A stretch of 38,606 nt of DNA from Parvularculaceae bacterium. GTDB taxonomy: Bacteria; Pseudomonadota; Alphaproteobacteria; Caulobacterales; Parvularculaceae. Below the pieces are notes generated by a model, which was not told the DNA's origin, made no database searches, and saw nothing but the letters and a program-made list of their open reading frames with translations. How positions within the stretch are numbered: position 1 is the stretch's first letter; each line of letters begins with the position of its first letter. Below are positions 1-8,784 of this stretch, in pieces. A program made the position numbers and the translations under genes. The DNA lies in NCBI GenBank assembly GCA_015487305.1, contig WFQB01000191.1:1-38606 (forward strand), written 5' to 3'.

Positions 1-426
1 GTATTTTTCTGCATAGCGGCTTTTCAAGAAATTTTGTTCCATCGTATAGGCGGTGGCGAGCAGCAAAGGTTTTTTCTTGCCCGCCCTGGCCAAAGCGGCT
101 CCGGTGACATCACCAATATGCAGCAGCGGCACCGTAATATGCCGGGCCACATCATCGGCAATTTTGTGCATGGTATTGGTGCAGATGAGGATCAGCCCTG
201 CCCCGGCGCGCTCCAGCCCTCTTGCCGCATTGATCAATAATTTTGCGGCACCATCCCAATCGCCCGCCTTTTGCAATGCGACCACATCATCAAAATTAAA
301 CGAATGCAGCAGAATTTTAGCTGAGGCGAGACCGCCGCATTTCTCGCGTATTTGTTGATTGATGCGCGTGTAATAGGTGGCAGTTGATTCCCATGACATG
401 CCGCCAAGCAGGCCTATGACTTCCAT
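1..426 (-). CDS. Aspartate/glutamate racemase family protein (N-terminal 142 codons; the C-terminus lies beyond the left edge)
   Basis: The reverse-strand frame starts at ATG (426-424) and reads MEVIGLLGGMSWESTATYYTRINQQIREKCGGLASAKILLHSFNFDDV...LILICTNTMHKIADDV...PLLHIGDVT. The GGMSWEST and ICTNTMH motifs are typical of the YgeA/aspartate racemase family. It is absent from the ORF track because it runs off the window. Confidence 0.75.
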   Translation of the reverse strand, partial: MEVIGLLGGMSWESTATYYTRINQQIREKCGGLASAKILLHSFNFDDVVALQKAGDWDGAAKLLINAARGLERAGAGLILICTNTMHKIADDVARHITVPLLHIGDVTGAALARAGKKKPLLLATAYTMEQNFLKSRYAEKY

Positions 427-576
427 TTCAAATCCCCTTTTCCCCGAAACTGGCTCCCTTGCGATTAGTCGCATTATTTCATGGATTAGGGGCAATTTTC
501 ATTCTTATTTTTGGTGATGAAATTATATTTGAGCAATTCTATTGCGCATTGTTGTAAAATTGCGCAATATATTTGC

Positions 577-1041
577 ATGACCCTTGATGCTATTGATAAA
601 AAAATCCTCGCTGCCCTACAGGTTGATTCGCGCCTGTCTACGGCAGCTTTGGCAGAAAAAATTGGCCTGTCGCCTGCCCCGTGCTGGCGGCGAGTGCAAC
701 GCCTGACCGAGGCTGGCTATATTCTGCGCCAGGTGGCGGTGCTCGACCCGCGCAAGCTCAACCTGCCTGTGTCGTTGTTTGTGGCGTTAAAAGCGCCCCA
801 TCATTCGGCCGACTGGATAGCCACTTTCCGCAAAGTCATCACCACCACGCCGGAAATTACCGAAGCCTATCGGTTGGCCGGAGAGATTGACTATCTCATC
901 AAAATCACTGTGCCATCAATTGATGTCTATGATGCGGTCTATCGGCGGCTGATAGAAAAGCTCGACTTTTCCGATGTCACCGCCTCGATCTCCATGGAGG
1001 AGATAAAAAACACAACAGCCCTGCCGCTTGATTATGCGTGA
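577..1041 (+). CDS. Lrp/AsnC family transcriptional regulator
   Basis: MTLDAIDKKILAALQVDSRLSTAALAEKIGLSPAPCWRRVQRLTEAGYI is a canonical AsnC-type HTH, followed by an AsnC/RAM C-terminal domain. I use the internal ATG at 577 rather than the TTG at 511 in the track. It is divergent from the racemase-family gene. Confidence 0.85.
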   Translation: MTLDAIDKKILAALQVDSRLSTAALAEKIGLSPAPCWRRVQRLTEAGYILRQVAVLDPRKLNLPVSLFVALKAPHHSADWIATFRKVITTTPEITEAYRLAGEIDYLIKITVPSIDVYDAVYRRLIEKLDFSDVTASISMEEIKNTTALPLDYA

Positions 1042-1059
1042 TGCCAGAAATGATTCCTG

Positions 1060-2069
1060 TTACTTTTTTTCCGTTCTTTCCACGCGTTTAAAGCGGCTGT
1101 AATCAATCGGATTGTTGGAAAAATAGTCCGCTATATTCTTTTCTACCGTAGATATGTCTTCTTGCGCCGCATAACATTCCTGCAACAGGTCTTGCTTTGC
1201 CTGCGTCACATCCTCACGGCTGCGATATTTGAGCATGACATAAAGATGGCTCAACGTATATCCGTCAAGATTGACCCCCAGCGCTCTTTGGCGAGGTAGA
1301 GAATATTCGTCTGTTAAACGCAGAACCGTTTCATGAGGGGATTCAGGATGATATTCCTTAAATCTGAGAGCATAAAACCAGCCATACTCATCGCTTAACT
1401 TTATCTCACCTTTTATCAGAATATTCATGCAATAAGAAGCCAATGTAGCAGCAATTTCATTATACATTCTCTTTCGAGCCGGTAAAAATTCACCTGCATT
1501 TCCCTCAGATAAACTTTGCAAAATATGAAATATTTCATGGCCCAAAATGACTTCGGGAAAGGCCGCTTCCAATATATCCAATCTTTTTATGGGCAACAGC
1601 GCCTCAAGAACCAGCTCCTTATTGTCACTATAGTCCTGCCATGGCTGCACATAGCGGGCGTTTTGATCCACCAGATAATAATTTATCCGGAATTTGGAGA
1701 TTTGCGGATAAAGTATCGCAATGATCTGGAATATGTTTCCCTGAAATACTCACATATATCTGCGCTTGGAATAGAAGATTCATCTCTGATCAGGTTTGTT
1801 TTATAAATCGCAATCTCTACTCTTTTTCCTGCCCCTGATTCACACAGCAATCCCTGCGGTCTAGCCTTAACTCCCCTTGGGCTGTATTTTGTCACCAGCC
1901 TGTAGAGAAGCTGTCCATCCTCACTTTGATCAAGCCCCACCAGATACAACGTCCTTCCCTCGCCGGGATGAGCTGTTCTTGCCTTCACATAAATAACATC
2001 ATCAAGTGTGGAACAGCCGCCGAGCAGAAGCCCGGCGACCAAAAGAAGGACATACAAAGAATATTTCAT
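1060..2069 (-). pseudogene. Frameshifted paralog of the HExxH lipoprotein at 2182-3177 (track ORFs 1683-2069 and 1060-1671)
   Basis: The 128-aa ORF aligns to residues 1-~118 of the 331-aa neighbour and the 203-aa ORF aligns to the remainder. The downstream frame stays open upstream of its GTG and reads ..AILYPQISKFRINYYLVDQN, matching PALFTQFDRFSISIILADNS of the paralog. Adding one nucleotide near 1719-1721 restores a single frame. The HEIFH motif is at 1525-1539. Confidence 0.6.
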
Positions 2070-2165
2070 CCATCACCCTTTTATTCACCAGCACATAAAA
2101 AAGAGCTGTCGCACTTGGGGGAGCCCCCCAGTATCACATCGCATTGAACAAAAGATTCATGCGTA
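2011..2165. repeat. Conserved 5' module, copy 1 (signal-peptide codons plus upstream leader, including a relic of the 3' end of the 3189-3839 gene)
   Basis: By-eye alignment to 3119-3272: 57 of 59 nt are identical over the signal-peptide codons (2011-2069 vs 3119-3177). The next ~95 nt are clearly homologous with a few small indels. Confidence 0.8.
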
Positions 2166-2181
2166 GTAATGGATTGCAAGA

Positions 2182-3177
2182 TTATTTTTTCATTCTTATA
2201 TAATCCCAGTTGATATCATTTTGGGTGAAAAACTCTTCTAGATTGCGCGCCATCACTGTCATATCATTTTGCACAGCGTGACATTCATCTAAAAGAGCGG
2301 CCTTAACCGCATCCGCAACCCCGGGACGCATAAAATATTTATATCTCACATAGAGATTGCCCAGCGTATAGCTCAAGTTTTTCCCTCGCGCACGCTCTTT
2401 TGGCGAGGCGGTTTCTTCTGTCAAGCGCATGACGACTTCATAGGGCGTTTCGGGAAAATATTCCTCAAACAGATAGGGATTGTACCAAGCATAGTCCCGA
2501 CTTAATGACAGGCTGTCATTTATCAGGCTATTCATGCAATACATTTGCAAAATACCGGCGATTTCTTCATAGGCCGAATGCCTTGCTGGGCGCACATATC
2601 CATCCCAGTTTTCAACAAGACCCCGCCAAATATGTAATATTTCATGGGAAAGAAGTAATTCTGTATAAATTCCTTTCAAATTATTGCGTTTTCTTGTTCC
2701 AAGCACAAGCTCAAGAGTGAGCGCTTCCTCTTCAGAGAACATCTGCCAACGCTGTTTATATTCAACGCTATTGTCGGCTAATATTATACTAATTGAGAAT
2801 CTATCAAATTGAGTAAAAAGTGCAGGTAGAGATTTTGATAGAGTATCAAAGAAATGATCGCAAACCTCACCTACTGAGACGTTAGGATTCTTACGCGGAG
2901 TATCTGACAGATAAACAAAAACCGTAACGGGCTTACCAACACCCTTCTTGCAAAGCAACGCTCCCTTATTTAGTGTTTTCCGGGGAACTCCAATAATCGA
3001 AGTCAGTCGATAGTACTCTGAATTATCTTCACCCCTCTTATAACCAACCATATATCTGGTAATGCCTTCTTCCGCTTGAGGGGTTATTCCACGAACATAA
3101 GCAAGATCATCCAGCGTAGAACAGCCGCCGAGCACAAGCCCGGCGACCAGAAGAAGGACATACAAAGAATATTTCAT
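2182..3177 (-). CDS. Lipoprotein with a C-terminal HExxH (gluzincin-like) putative metallopeptidase domain; family not recognised
   Basis: The N-terminus MKYSLYVLLLVAGLVLGGC is a signal peptide plus lipobox, with AAGGA 7 nt upstream of the ATG. HEILH lies at 2632-2646, followed about 22-23 residues later by the conserved YEEIAG. The same spacing and a Y-x-EIA motif occur in the paralog. Confidence 0.7.
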   Translation of the reverse strand: MKYSLYVLLLVAGLVLGGCSTLDDLAYVRGITPQAEEGITRYMVGYKRGEDNSEYYRLTSIIGVPRKTLNKGALLCKKGVGKPVTVFVYLSDTPRKNPNVSVGEVCDHFFDTLSKSLPALFTQFDRFSISIILADNSVEYKQRWQMFSEEEALTLELVLGTRKRNNLKGIYTELLLSHEILHIWRGLVENWDGYVRPARHSAYEEIAGILQMYCMNSLINDSLSLSRDYAWYNPYLFEEYFPETPYEVVMRLTEETASPKERARGKNLSYTLGNLYVRYKYFMRPGVADAVKAALLDECHAVQNDMTVMARNLEEFFTQNDINWDYIRMKK

Positions 3178-3272
3178 CCACTATCCTTTTATTCCCCATC
3201 ACATAAAAAAGCTGTGGCACTTGGAGGAGCCCCCGGTATCATGTCACATTGGACGAAAGATTCCATGCGCAT
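3119..3272. repeat. Conserved 5' module, copy 2 (signal-peptide codons of 2182-3177 plus the true 3' end of 3189-3839)
   Basis: Partner of 2011-2165; see that entry. Confidence 0.8.
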
Positions 3273-3839
3273 ATCCAATGGGGCTCCATTGTAATTAACC
3301 ATAGAATTCATTTGAACATAGCCATAACCTGCGCCGAAGGCAATTGGCACATCAGCAATGACCTCTCCAACGTTTGTTGGCAGATTATCAATCCAATCAT
3401 TTATACCGTAAGAGTTGGTAAACGCGATATTTTGACCTACTCTGCTCCAGTTTGCTTCATAGGAAGCAATAACCGACCCTTGTAAATCTGTAGCGGTCAA
3501 ATATGCTATTCCCGAACTTGAAGCGACCATGTTATTCCCGCTCACCGTCATGGTTAAATCGCTAGAATCAAAACCAGATAGCCAAGCCGTATCGGCGGGT
3601 TGGGACGAAGCGGCACCGCATGCGCTTGCCGAAGTCAGACAAAAGCTTTTATTTGAAACCACTTTTTTGTATCCATAGGGATTGGGAAGAGGCTGCTCCA
3701 CGCACCCGGGAATTGCAGGGTTCATGTTGCATTCTGGAATTGTTGGAGGTGGAGGATCTGGCTGTTGCACCTTAAGTTTACACCCGGATACACCAACCAG
3801 CAATAATGTAAATACAAATATATTTGCGATTATTTTCAT
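3189..3839 (-). CDS. Cys-containing lipoprotein, function unknown
   Basis: The internal ATG at 3839 is preceded by AAGGAG and gives MKIIANIFVFTLLLVGVSGC (signal peptide plus lipobox), then a Pro-rich linker QQPDPPPPTIPE. The upstream 49 codons of the track ORF have no such signals. It lies 11 nt upstream of the next gene, so it is probably co-transcribed. Confidence 0.65.
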   Translation of the reverse strand: MKIIANIFVFTLLLVGVSGCKLKVQQPDPPPPTIPECNMNPAIPGCVEQPLPNPYGYKKVVSNKSFCLTSASACGAASSQPADTAWLSGFDSSDLTMTVSGNNMVASSSGIAYLTATDLQGSVIASYEANWSRVGQNIAFTNSYGINDWIDNLPTNVGEVIADVPIAFGAGYGYVQMNSMVNYNGAPLDMRMESFVQCDMIPGAPPSATAFLCDGE

Positions 3840-4030
3840 GTGATTTCTCCTTATCTTGCTTGAAACAGGACAAAAACCGAGGGCCAGCCAAGTCAGTGAC
3901 TTGTCAGTTGGACGCACAATAGTTAAGCGCAACTCCCCGGATACTTTACACAGATAGCGTAGTCTTATTTTTTTTTCTTTTTGCAAGTTAAATCGGCAAA
4001 AAATTACAACTTCTTGATTTTTATAAATAA

Positions 4031-4066
4031 AAAAACCCCCGCATCATTTCTGATACGGGGGTTTGT
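4031..4066 (-). terminator. Rho-independent terminator downstream of pnp
   Basis: AAAAAACCCCCG-catcatttctgata-CGGGGGTTTG. On the minus strand the GC stem is followed by a run of T. It sits 16 nt after the pnp stop. Confidence 0.7.
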
Positions 4067-4081
4067 TTTATTGTTGTGTTG

Positions 4082-6196
4082 TTAATCGCCGGATTTTTCT
4101 TTGCCGGTTTCCTGATCGACCACTTTCATGGACAGGCGGACCTTGCCGCGATCGTCAAAGCCCATCAGCTTGACCCAGACCTCATCGCCTTCATTGACCA
4201 CATCGGTGGTTTTGGCAACGCGCTCATCGGCCAGTTGTGAGATATGCACAAGGCCGTCTTTGGAGCCGAAGAAATTGACAAAAGCGCCAAAGTCCATGGT
4301 TTTAACGACTTTGCCGCGATAAATCACACCAACTTCCGGATCGGTAGCAATCGACTTGATCCATTTGACCGCTTCTTCAATTTGCGACTTATCCGATGAC
4401 GCCACCTTAACCGTACCATCATCTTCAATATTAACTTTGGCGCCGGTTTTCTCGACAATCTCACGAATGACCTTGCCGCCTGTGCCAATAACTTCACGGA
4501 TTTTGTCCGACGCAATTTTGAAAGTCTCAATGCGCGGGGCAAATTCGCCCACTTCGCCACGAGATTCCGTCATCGCTTTGTTCATTTCGCCAAGGATATG
4601 AAGACGACCATCTTTGGCCTGGGTCAAAGCAATTTTCATAATCTCTTCGGTAATACCGGCAATTTTAATATCCATCTGCAAAGAGGTGACCCCATCTTCG
4701 GTACCAGCAACTTTGAAGTCCATATCGCCAAGATGATCTTCATCACCAAGAATATCGGACAGAACCGCATAACGCTCGCCTTCAAGGATAAGCCCCATAG
4801 CAATGCCCGCAACGGCCTTTTTAATTGGCACACCGGCATCCATCATCGCCAGCGACGAGCCACAAACAGTGGCCATGGAGGAAGAGCCGTTGGATTCAGT
4901 GATTTCTGAAACCAGACGCAAAGTATAAGGAAACTCCTCAGGGCTTGGCAGCACGGCTTTCAACGCCCGCCATGCAAGCTTGCCATGGCCGGTCTCGCGC
5001 CGATTGGTACCGCCCATGCGGCCTGTTTCGCCAACCGAATAGGGTGGGAAATTATAATGCAGCATGAAGTTAACTTTGCTAGTGCCTTCAAGACCATCAA
5101 TGAATTGCTCATCATCGGCTGTGCCAAGGGTGGCAACCACAATCGCCTGCGTCTCCCCACGGGTAAACAGGGCCGAACCATGGGTGCGCGGCAAGAAGCC
5201 AACTTCAGAAACAATCTGGCGCACGGTTTTGGTATCCCGCCCATCAATGCGCTCGCCAGTGTCGAGAATGCCATTGCGAACAATATCAGCCTCAACCTCT
5301 TTGAACAGACCGGAAATAATCGCTCTATCCGGGGCATTTTCATCATCTTCCGGCGCTAATTTTTCAAGCACGGCAGATTTTACCTCTGAAAGCTTCTCGG
5401 TCCGGGCCTGTTTTTCTTTTTCATTATAAGCATCGCGCAGACCGGCTTCGGCTTCGGCGCGAACTTTTGCCGCAAGGTCTGAATGATCCTCTGGCTGATA
5501 GTCCCAAGGTTCTTTGGCACATTCCTCAGCAAAATCGATGATAAGATCAATCGCTTGCTTAGAGGCTTTATGGCCAGCCATAACAGCACCAAGCATAACC
5601 TCTTCGGACAGCTCGCTGGCTTGGGATTCGACCATCATCACAGCATCAGCCGTGCCGGCCATAACAAGATCAAGCTCCGTATCGGCCATCTCGTCGCAGG
5701 TCGGGTTGACGATATAGTCGCCATCTTTGTAACCGATGCGGGCGCAACCAATCGGGCCCATAAAGGGGATGCCCGATATGGTCAGCGCTGCAGAAGCAGC
5801 AATCATGGCCACCACATCCGGGTCATTTTCCAGATCATGGCTCATCACGGTGCAGATGACTTGCGTTTCGTTCTTGAAACCTTTGGCAAATAAAGGACGG
5901 ATTGGGCGGTCGATCAGGCGCGAGGTCAATGTCTCTTTTTCCGTCGGGCGGCCTTCGCGTTTGAAGAAGCCCCCTGGAATGCGCCCTGATGCGTAATATT
6001 TCTCCTGATAGTTGACGGTCAGCGGAAAGAAATCCTGACCGGGTTTGGCTTTGCGCTGAGCAACAGCCGTTGCCAGAACCGTGGTGTCACCATAGGTGGC
6101 AAGAACCGCACCGTCAGCCTGACGGGCAACGCGGCCGGATTCAAGCGTGAGCGTGCGCCCCGCCAGTTCGATTGATTTGCGGGTGATATTGAACAT
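4082..6196 (-). CDS. pnp: Polyribonucleotide nucleotidyltransferase (PNPase)
   Basis: This 704-aa ORF has two RNase PH domains plus C-terminal KH and S1 domains (..[19 protein letters not shown]..). The N-terminus [31 protein letters not shown] is typical, and it is syntenic with rpsO. Confidence 0.97.
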   Translation of the reverse strand: MFNITRKSIELAGRTLTLESGRVARQADGAVLATYGDTTVLATAVAQRKAKPGQDFFPLTVNYQEKYYASGRIPGGFFKREGRPTEKETLTSRLIDRPIRPLFAKGFKNETQVICTVMSHDLENDPDVVAMIAASAALTISGIPFMGPIGCARIGYKDGDYIVNPTCDEMADTELDLVMAGTADAVMMVESQASELSEEVMLGAVMAGHKASKQAIDLIIDFAEECAKEPWDYQPEDHSDLAAKVRAEAEAGLRDAYNEKEKQARTEKLSEVKSAVLEKLAPEDDENAPDRAIISGLFKEVEADIVRNGILDTGERIDGRDTKTVRQIVSEVGFLPRTHGSALFTRGETQAIVVATLGTADDEQFIDGLEGTSKVNFMLHYNFPPYSVGETGRMGGTNRRETGHGKLAWRALKAVLPSPEEFPYTLRLVSEITESNGSSSMATVCGSSLAMMDAGVPIKKAVAGIAMGLILEGERYAVLSDILGDEDHLGDMDFKVAGTEDGVTSLQMDIKIAGITEEIMKIALTQAKDGRLHILGEMNKAMTESRGEVGEFAPRIETFKIASDKIREVIGTGGKVIREIVEKTGAKVNIEDDGTVKVASSDKSQIEEAVKWIKSIATDPEVGVIYRGKVVKTMDFGAFVNFFGSKDGLVHISQLADERVAKTTDVVNEGDEVWVKLMGFDDRGKVRLSMKVVDQETGKEKSGD

Positions 6197-6458
6197 AAGT
6201 TTTCGTCTTTCTTATAATCTCGAAACAGACCGTATTGCCTGTCTCACATCCATGCGGGGATTTGCGGCCATTTTGCTTCGAATGCATGAAAAGCCGAAGC
6301 GGCCTTTGAAGCTTATTCAATTTTGAAGGATTCAAAATCGGGCTCCAAGTTTTTGTTTTGTCGCGCCTCCAAAACGGATAACTACCATCCACTTTTTTGT
6401 GAAAACGCTTCGTTAAATAAATGCAGCTTCCCCTTTTTTGTGAGGGAAAATAGCAAGA
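6197..6458 (-). promoter_or_regulatory. Long pnp 5' leader / rpsO-pnp intergenic region
   Basis: About 300 nt of non-coding sequence lie between rpsO and pnp and contain imperfect hairpins. In E. coli the equivalent leader is an RNase III/PNPase autoregulatory target. That role here is inferred from position only. Confidence 0.35.
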
Positions 6459-6484
6459 ACGGGGCGTGGATAACCGCGCCCCGT
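6459..6484 (-). terminator. Hairpin downstream of rpsO (terminator or attenuator before pnp)
   Basis: A perfect 8-bp stem ACGGGGCG/CGCCCCGT with a 10-nt loop sits 14 nt after the rpsO stop. On the minus strand it is followed by TTCTTGCTATTTTC. Confidence 0.5.
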
Positions 6485-6497
6485 TTAAAAGCCTGCT

Positions 6498-6767
6498 TTA
6501 ACGGCGCAAGCCCAACCGTTTGATGATATCCTGATAACGGGACACATCTTTACCTTTGACATAATCCAGTAATCGCCGACGTTGGGAAACCATTTTCAAT
6601 AGGCCCCGACGGGAGTGATTGTCTTTTTTATGATCTTTAAAATGCTCGGTCAGATTGACAATGCGCTCGGAAAGAACTGCAATTTGTACCTCTGGGGAGC
6701 CTGTATCGCCCTCTTTGGTGGCGTATTCCTTGATGAGCGCAGCTTTGCGCTCAGCCGTAATCGACAT
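6498..6767 (-). CDS. rpsO: 30S ribosomal protein S15
   Basis: [70 protein letters not shown]... gives 89 aa from the internal ATG at 6767. The upstream 14 codons of the track ORF are not S15-like. Confidence 0.95.
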   Translation of the reverse strand: MSITAERKAALIKEYATKEGDTGSPEVQIAVLSERIVNLTEHFKDHKKDNHSRRGLLKMVSQRRRLLDYVKGKDVSRYQDIIKRLGLRR

Positions 6768-6860
6768 AGATTTTCTCCGCGATGCCCAAAAATCAAAACC
6801 CCAAGCCAAGGCATCGTCCAGCCAAGGGTCCTTTATTGTGGCGGCTTATGGCGCAAAATC

Positions 6861-6878
6861 CCCCCTTTGGCAAGGGGG
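6861..6878 (-). terminator. Orphan terminator-like hairpin upstream of the rpsO promoter region
   Basis: CCCCCTT-tggc-AAGGGGG is followed on the minus strand by GATTTTG. No intact gene precedes it. Confidence 0.35.
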
Positions 6879-7299
6879 TGTTACGGGAATAAATAGTTTA
6901 AAATCAGCCCGTTCAAGCGAAAATATAGCCCCCTTCTGGTATCGCCCTCACCCGAAAAAGCGCTTAATTTGGCCAGGCAGACTTCAAGGAAAATCAATAA
7001 ATTCGCAGCATCGCGCCCGAGCAAAACAGATTTGCGTTGCTCCGGGGTCATCCCCACCTGAAGAAATTGGCGCAATTGTTGGCAGACTAGGGGCTGAACG
7101 CGGCATTACCATAGATATGTCGAAAGTCCCTGAAGACGTGGCCGCCCTATATGGTCTCCCGACCAATTAGGGCCTTTTGTTTCTGGTCATAGCGAGATTG
7201 CGCCTTGTGGCTTTGCCATTTCCGCTCTTGCTATGATCAGCTCCGTACTATCTTCTTTCGCTCTGGAGCGTTTCAGACCGTTCACCAGCCTTCAGCCAG

Positions 7300-7329
7300 C
7301 CTATTCGGCAATGCCGAAAACCCGCAACA
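7300..7329 (-). repeat. Relic copy of the tadC 3' end (last ~9 codons plus stop), direct repeat of 9508-9537
   Basis: 27 of 30 nt are identical to 9508-9537 by eye. The reverse frame reads ..VLRVFGIAE*, against ..MLRVFGIAE* at the real tadC terminus. Similarity stops abruptly on both sides. Confidence 0.7.
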
Positions 7330-7334
7330 CAATA

Positions 7335-7646
7335 TTACTCAAATCCGGCCATAAACACCGTGTCTGGGTCGTAAGTCCGACCGTGACCATCCAAACATCC
7401 GGCAAATTTTCTGCTTTCCTGCCGAATCAATCCCAAGGCGCAGCACAAGACATTCAGGCGATCAATGTGAGTTAGCCTTATCTTTCTTGCCTTACTACCC
7501 TGCACTTCTATCAAAACCTCACAGACTGCATCCCCATCTATACCCCCCTCAAGGGATTCCAGACGGCCACGAAAAAGAAATACTCCCGCCCGCAAGTCTA
7601 CTCTGGTTCTATAAAGTTCCAACACTACAGGTTTTGATAATATCAC
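7335..7646 (-). CDS. Hypothetical protein (103 codons, GTG start overlapping the stop of the upstream ORF)
   Basis: The open frame has a GTGA start/stop overlap with 7643-8332 and ends directly at the tadC-relic repeat. I recognised no family, and coding status is uncertain. Confidence 0.3.
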   Translation of the reverse strand: MILSKPVVLELYRTRVDLRAGVFLFRGRLESLEGGIDGDAVCEVLIEVQGSKARKIRLTHIDRLNVLCCALGLIRQESRKFAGCLDGHGRTYDPDTVFMAGFE

Positions 7647-8332
7647 TTTATCTCAATGACCTTCATAGAGGCTTTCCCCATCTGTCCATCACCATATTGT
7701 AGGGGCCAAGAATAGACCTTATCAATTGCTACGCTTTGGCCAACAACATTAATTGAGGTTGGGTCATCCATTATTTGTGCCGCATTAGGAACGAACACTT
7801 CAAACCAGCCAACATCTCTTCTCCCCTCACGCGTTAGCAAAGAGCTACATCCCTTAAAGTAAATGACCACTGGGATATCCACAATCCCCTTACCTTCAGG
7901 AAGCGAGTATTTCAAGTTGGCTGTACCTTTTGCCCTCTCTCCCCGCCTCAGGCCATTCACCTCATCAAAAAATGAATCCGCATAAGAATATTCCTCAAAA
8001 AGGAGTATATCTGGCACCCACCTCTTTACGGGCAACAACCCCGCCCAAAAACTTAATGTTGAGTCAAATACAATAGCATTTTCTATATCCGGAATTAATT
8101 GCTCGCTTTCAACAAAGAATGCTTCTTTTTCCAATCTCTTTATTGATGTTTGTCTAATTTGCACATCTTTTATACCCTGAAAGGCACTACCAAAATTGGA
8201 TGATTCGAATGTATATACAAAATCAAACTCTATCGAGGATTGCAGATAGTTTTTTGCCATACATTCCTGATAGTACTCCTTATCTACTTGTTCAAAAAAA
8301 AGGACGGCAATCACGGATACCAAAGGTAACAT
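7643..8332 (-). CDS. Hypothetical protein, 229 aa, hydrophobic N-terminus (MLPLVSVIAVLFF), no recognisable family
   Basis: A long ORF in a visibly AT-richer segment, 23 nt downstream of 8356-8784 on the same strand. Confidence 0.55.
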   Translation of the reverse strand: MLPLVSVIAVLFFEQVDKEYYQECMAKNYLQSSIEFDFVYTFESSNFGSAFQGIKDVQIRQTSIKRLEKEAFFVESEQLIPDIENAIVFDSTLSFWAGLLPVKRWVPDILLFEEYSYADSFFDEVNGLRRGERAKGTANLKYSLPEGKGIVDIPVVIYFKGCSSLLTREGRRDVGWFEVFVPNAAQIMDDPTSINVVGQSVAIDKVYSWPLQYGDGQMGKASMKVIEIK

Positions 8333-8355
8333 ATTTCCAAGCTTTCTATTTTAAC

Positions 8356-8784
8356 CTAATATAGTAATTCACATTCTCGTAGCCGACTTGCATAAATCTG
8401 ATTTGCCTCCTGATAACAAATAGCTCTCAAACGCGCTGCATTAAAACGCCTCTGACATGCCCGAATATCACTTTCAAGCATATCATCCACTTGCGCCTTA
8501 CACTCCTCCACAGTCGTCGGGCACTGGTTCGGCCCTAATGCCATTTCACATTGATCTGTACTTCCACCTTCCTCATAATAAGCGAACCATGCGTTATTTG
8601 GATCCCACAGAGGATTTGTAATGATGGATTGCAATCCCAGAGTGCCATCGCAACCTTCCGATGATGCATTTGCGTCAAGAGAAATACAATTATCCGACAC
8701 CTGCGCTGCAGAATTATTTAAAAAAGGTATCATAAAAAGCATTAAAATAAGCAATGATCTATACACTATAACACCCCCTTTCAT
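8356..8784 (-). CDS. Small secreted Cys-rich protein, function unknown
   Basis: The ATG at 8784 follows the TTG used in the track. The signal peptide is MKGGVIVYRSLLILMLFMIPFLNNSAA/QV. The mature part has 8 Cys and a helical, charged C-terminal segment (EECKAQVDDMLESDIRACQRRFNAARLRAICYQEANQIYASRLRECE). Confidence 0.6.
   Translation of the reverse strand: MKGGVIVYRSLLILMLFMIPFLNNSAAQVSDNCISLDANASSEGCDGTLGLQSIITNPLWDPNNAWFAYYEEGGSTDQCEMALGPNQCPTTVEECKAQVDDMLESDIRACQRRFNAARLRAICYQEANQIYASRLRECELLY

Noticed and set aside
3840-3986. 49-codon N-terminal extension of the lipoprotein ORF 3189-3986
   Set aside because: The internal ATG at 3839 has a strong AAGGAG RBS and immediately yields a signal peptide and lipobox. 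The extension has neither.
6655-7170. 171-aa plus-strand ORF overlapping rpsO
   Set aside because: It is antisense to a highly conserved ribosomal protein gene, has Ser/Ala/Pro-rich shadow-frame composition, and shows no start signals.
7040-7170. Plus-frame peptide ..PEEIGAIVGRLGAERGITIDMSKVPEDVAALYGLPTN* that looks like a gene C-terminus
   Set aside because: There is no upstream reading frame or start, and I recognised no family. It is reported only as probable gene debris within the synteny-break finding.
7335-7646. Possible PilZ-like signature (R-x-x-x-R followed by ..LESLEGG..) in the 103-codon ORF
   Set aside because: The spacing between the two elements is much shorter than in PilZ domains, and the D/N-x-S-x-x-G consensus is not met. 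This is too weak to call without a profile search.
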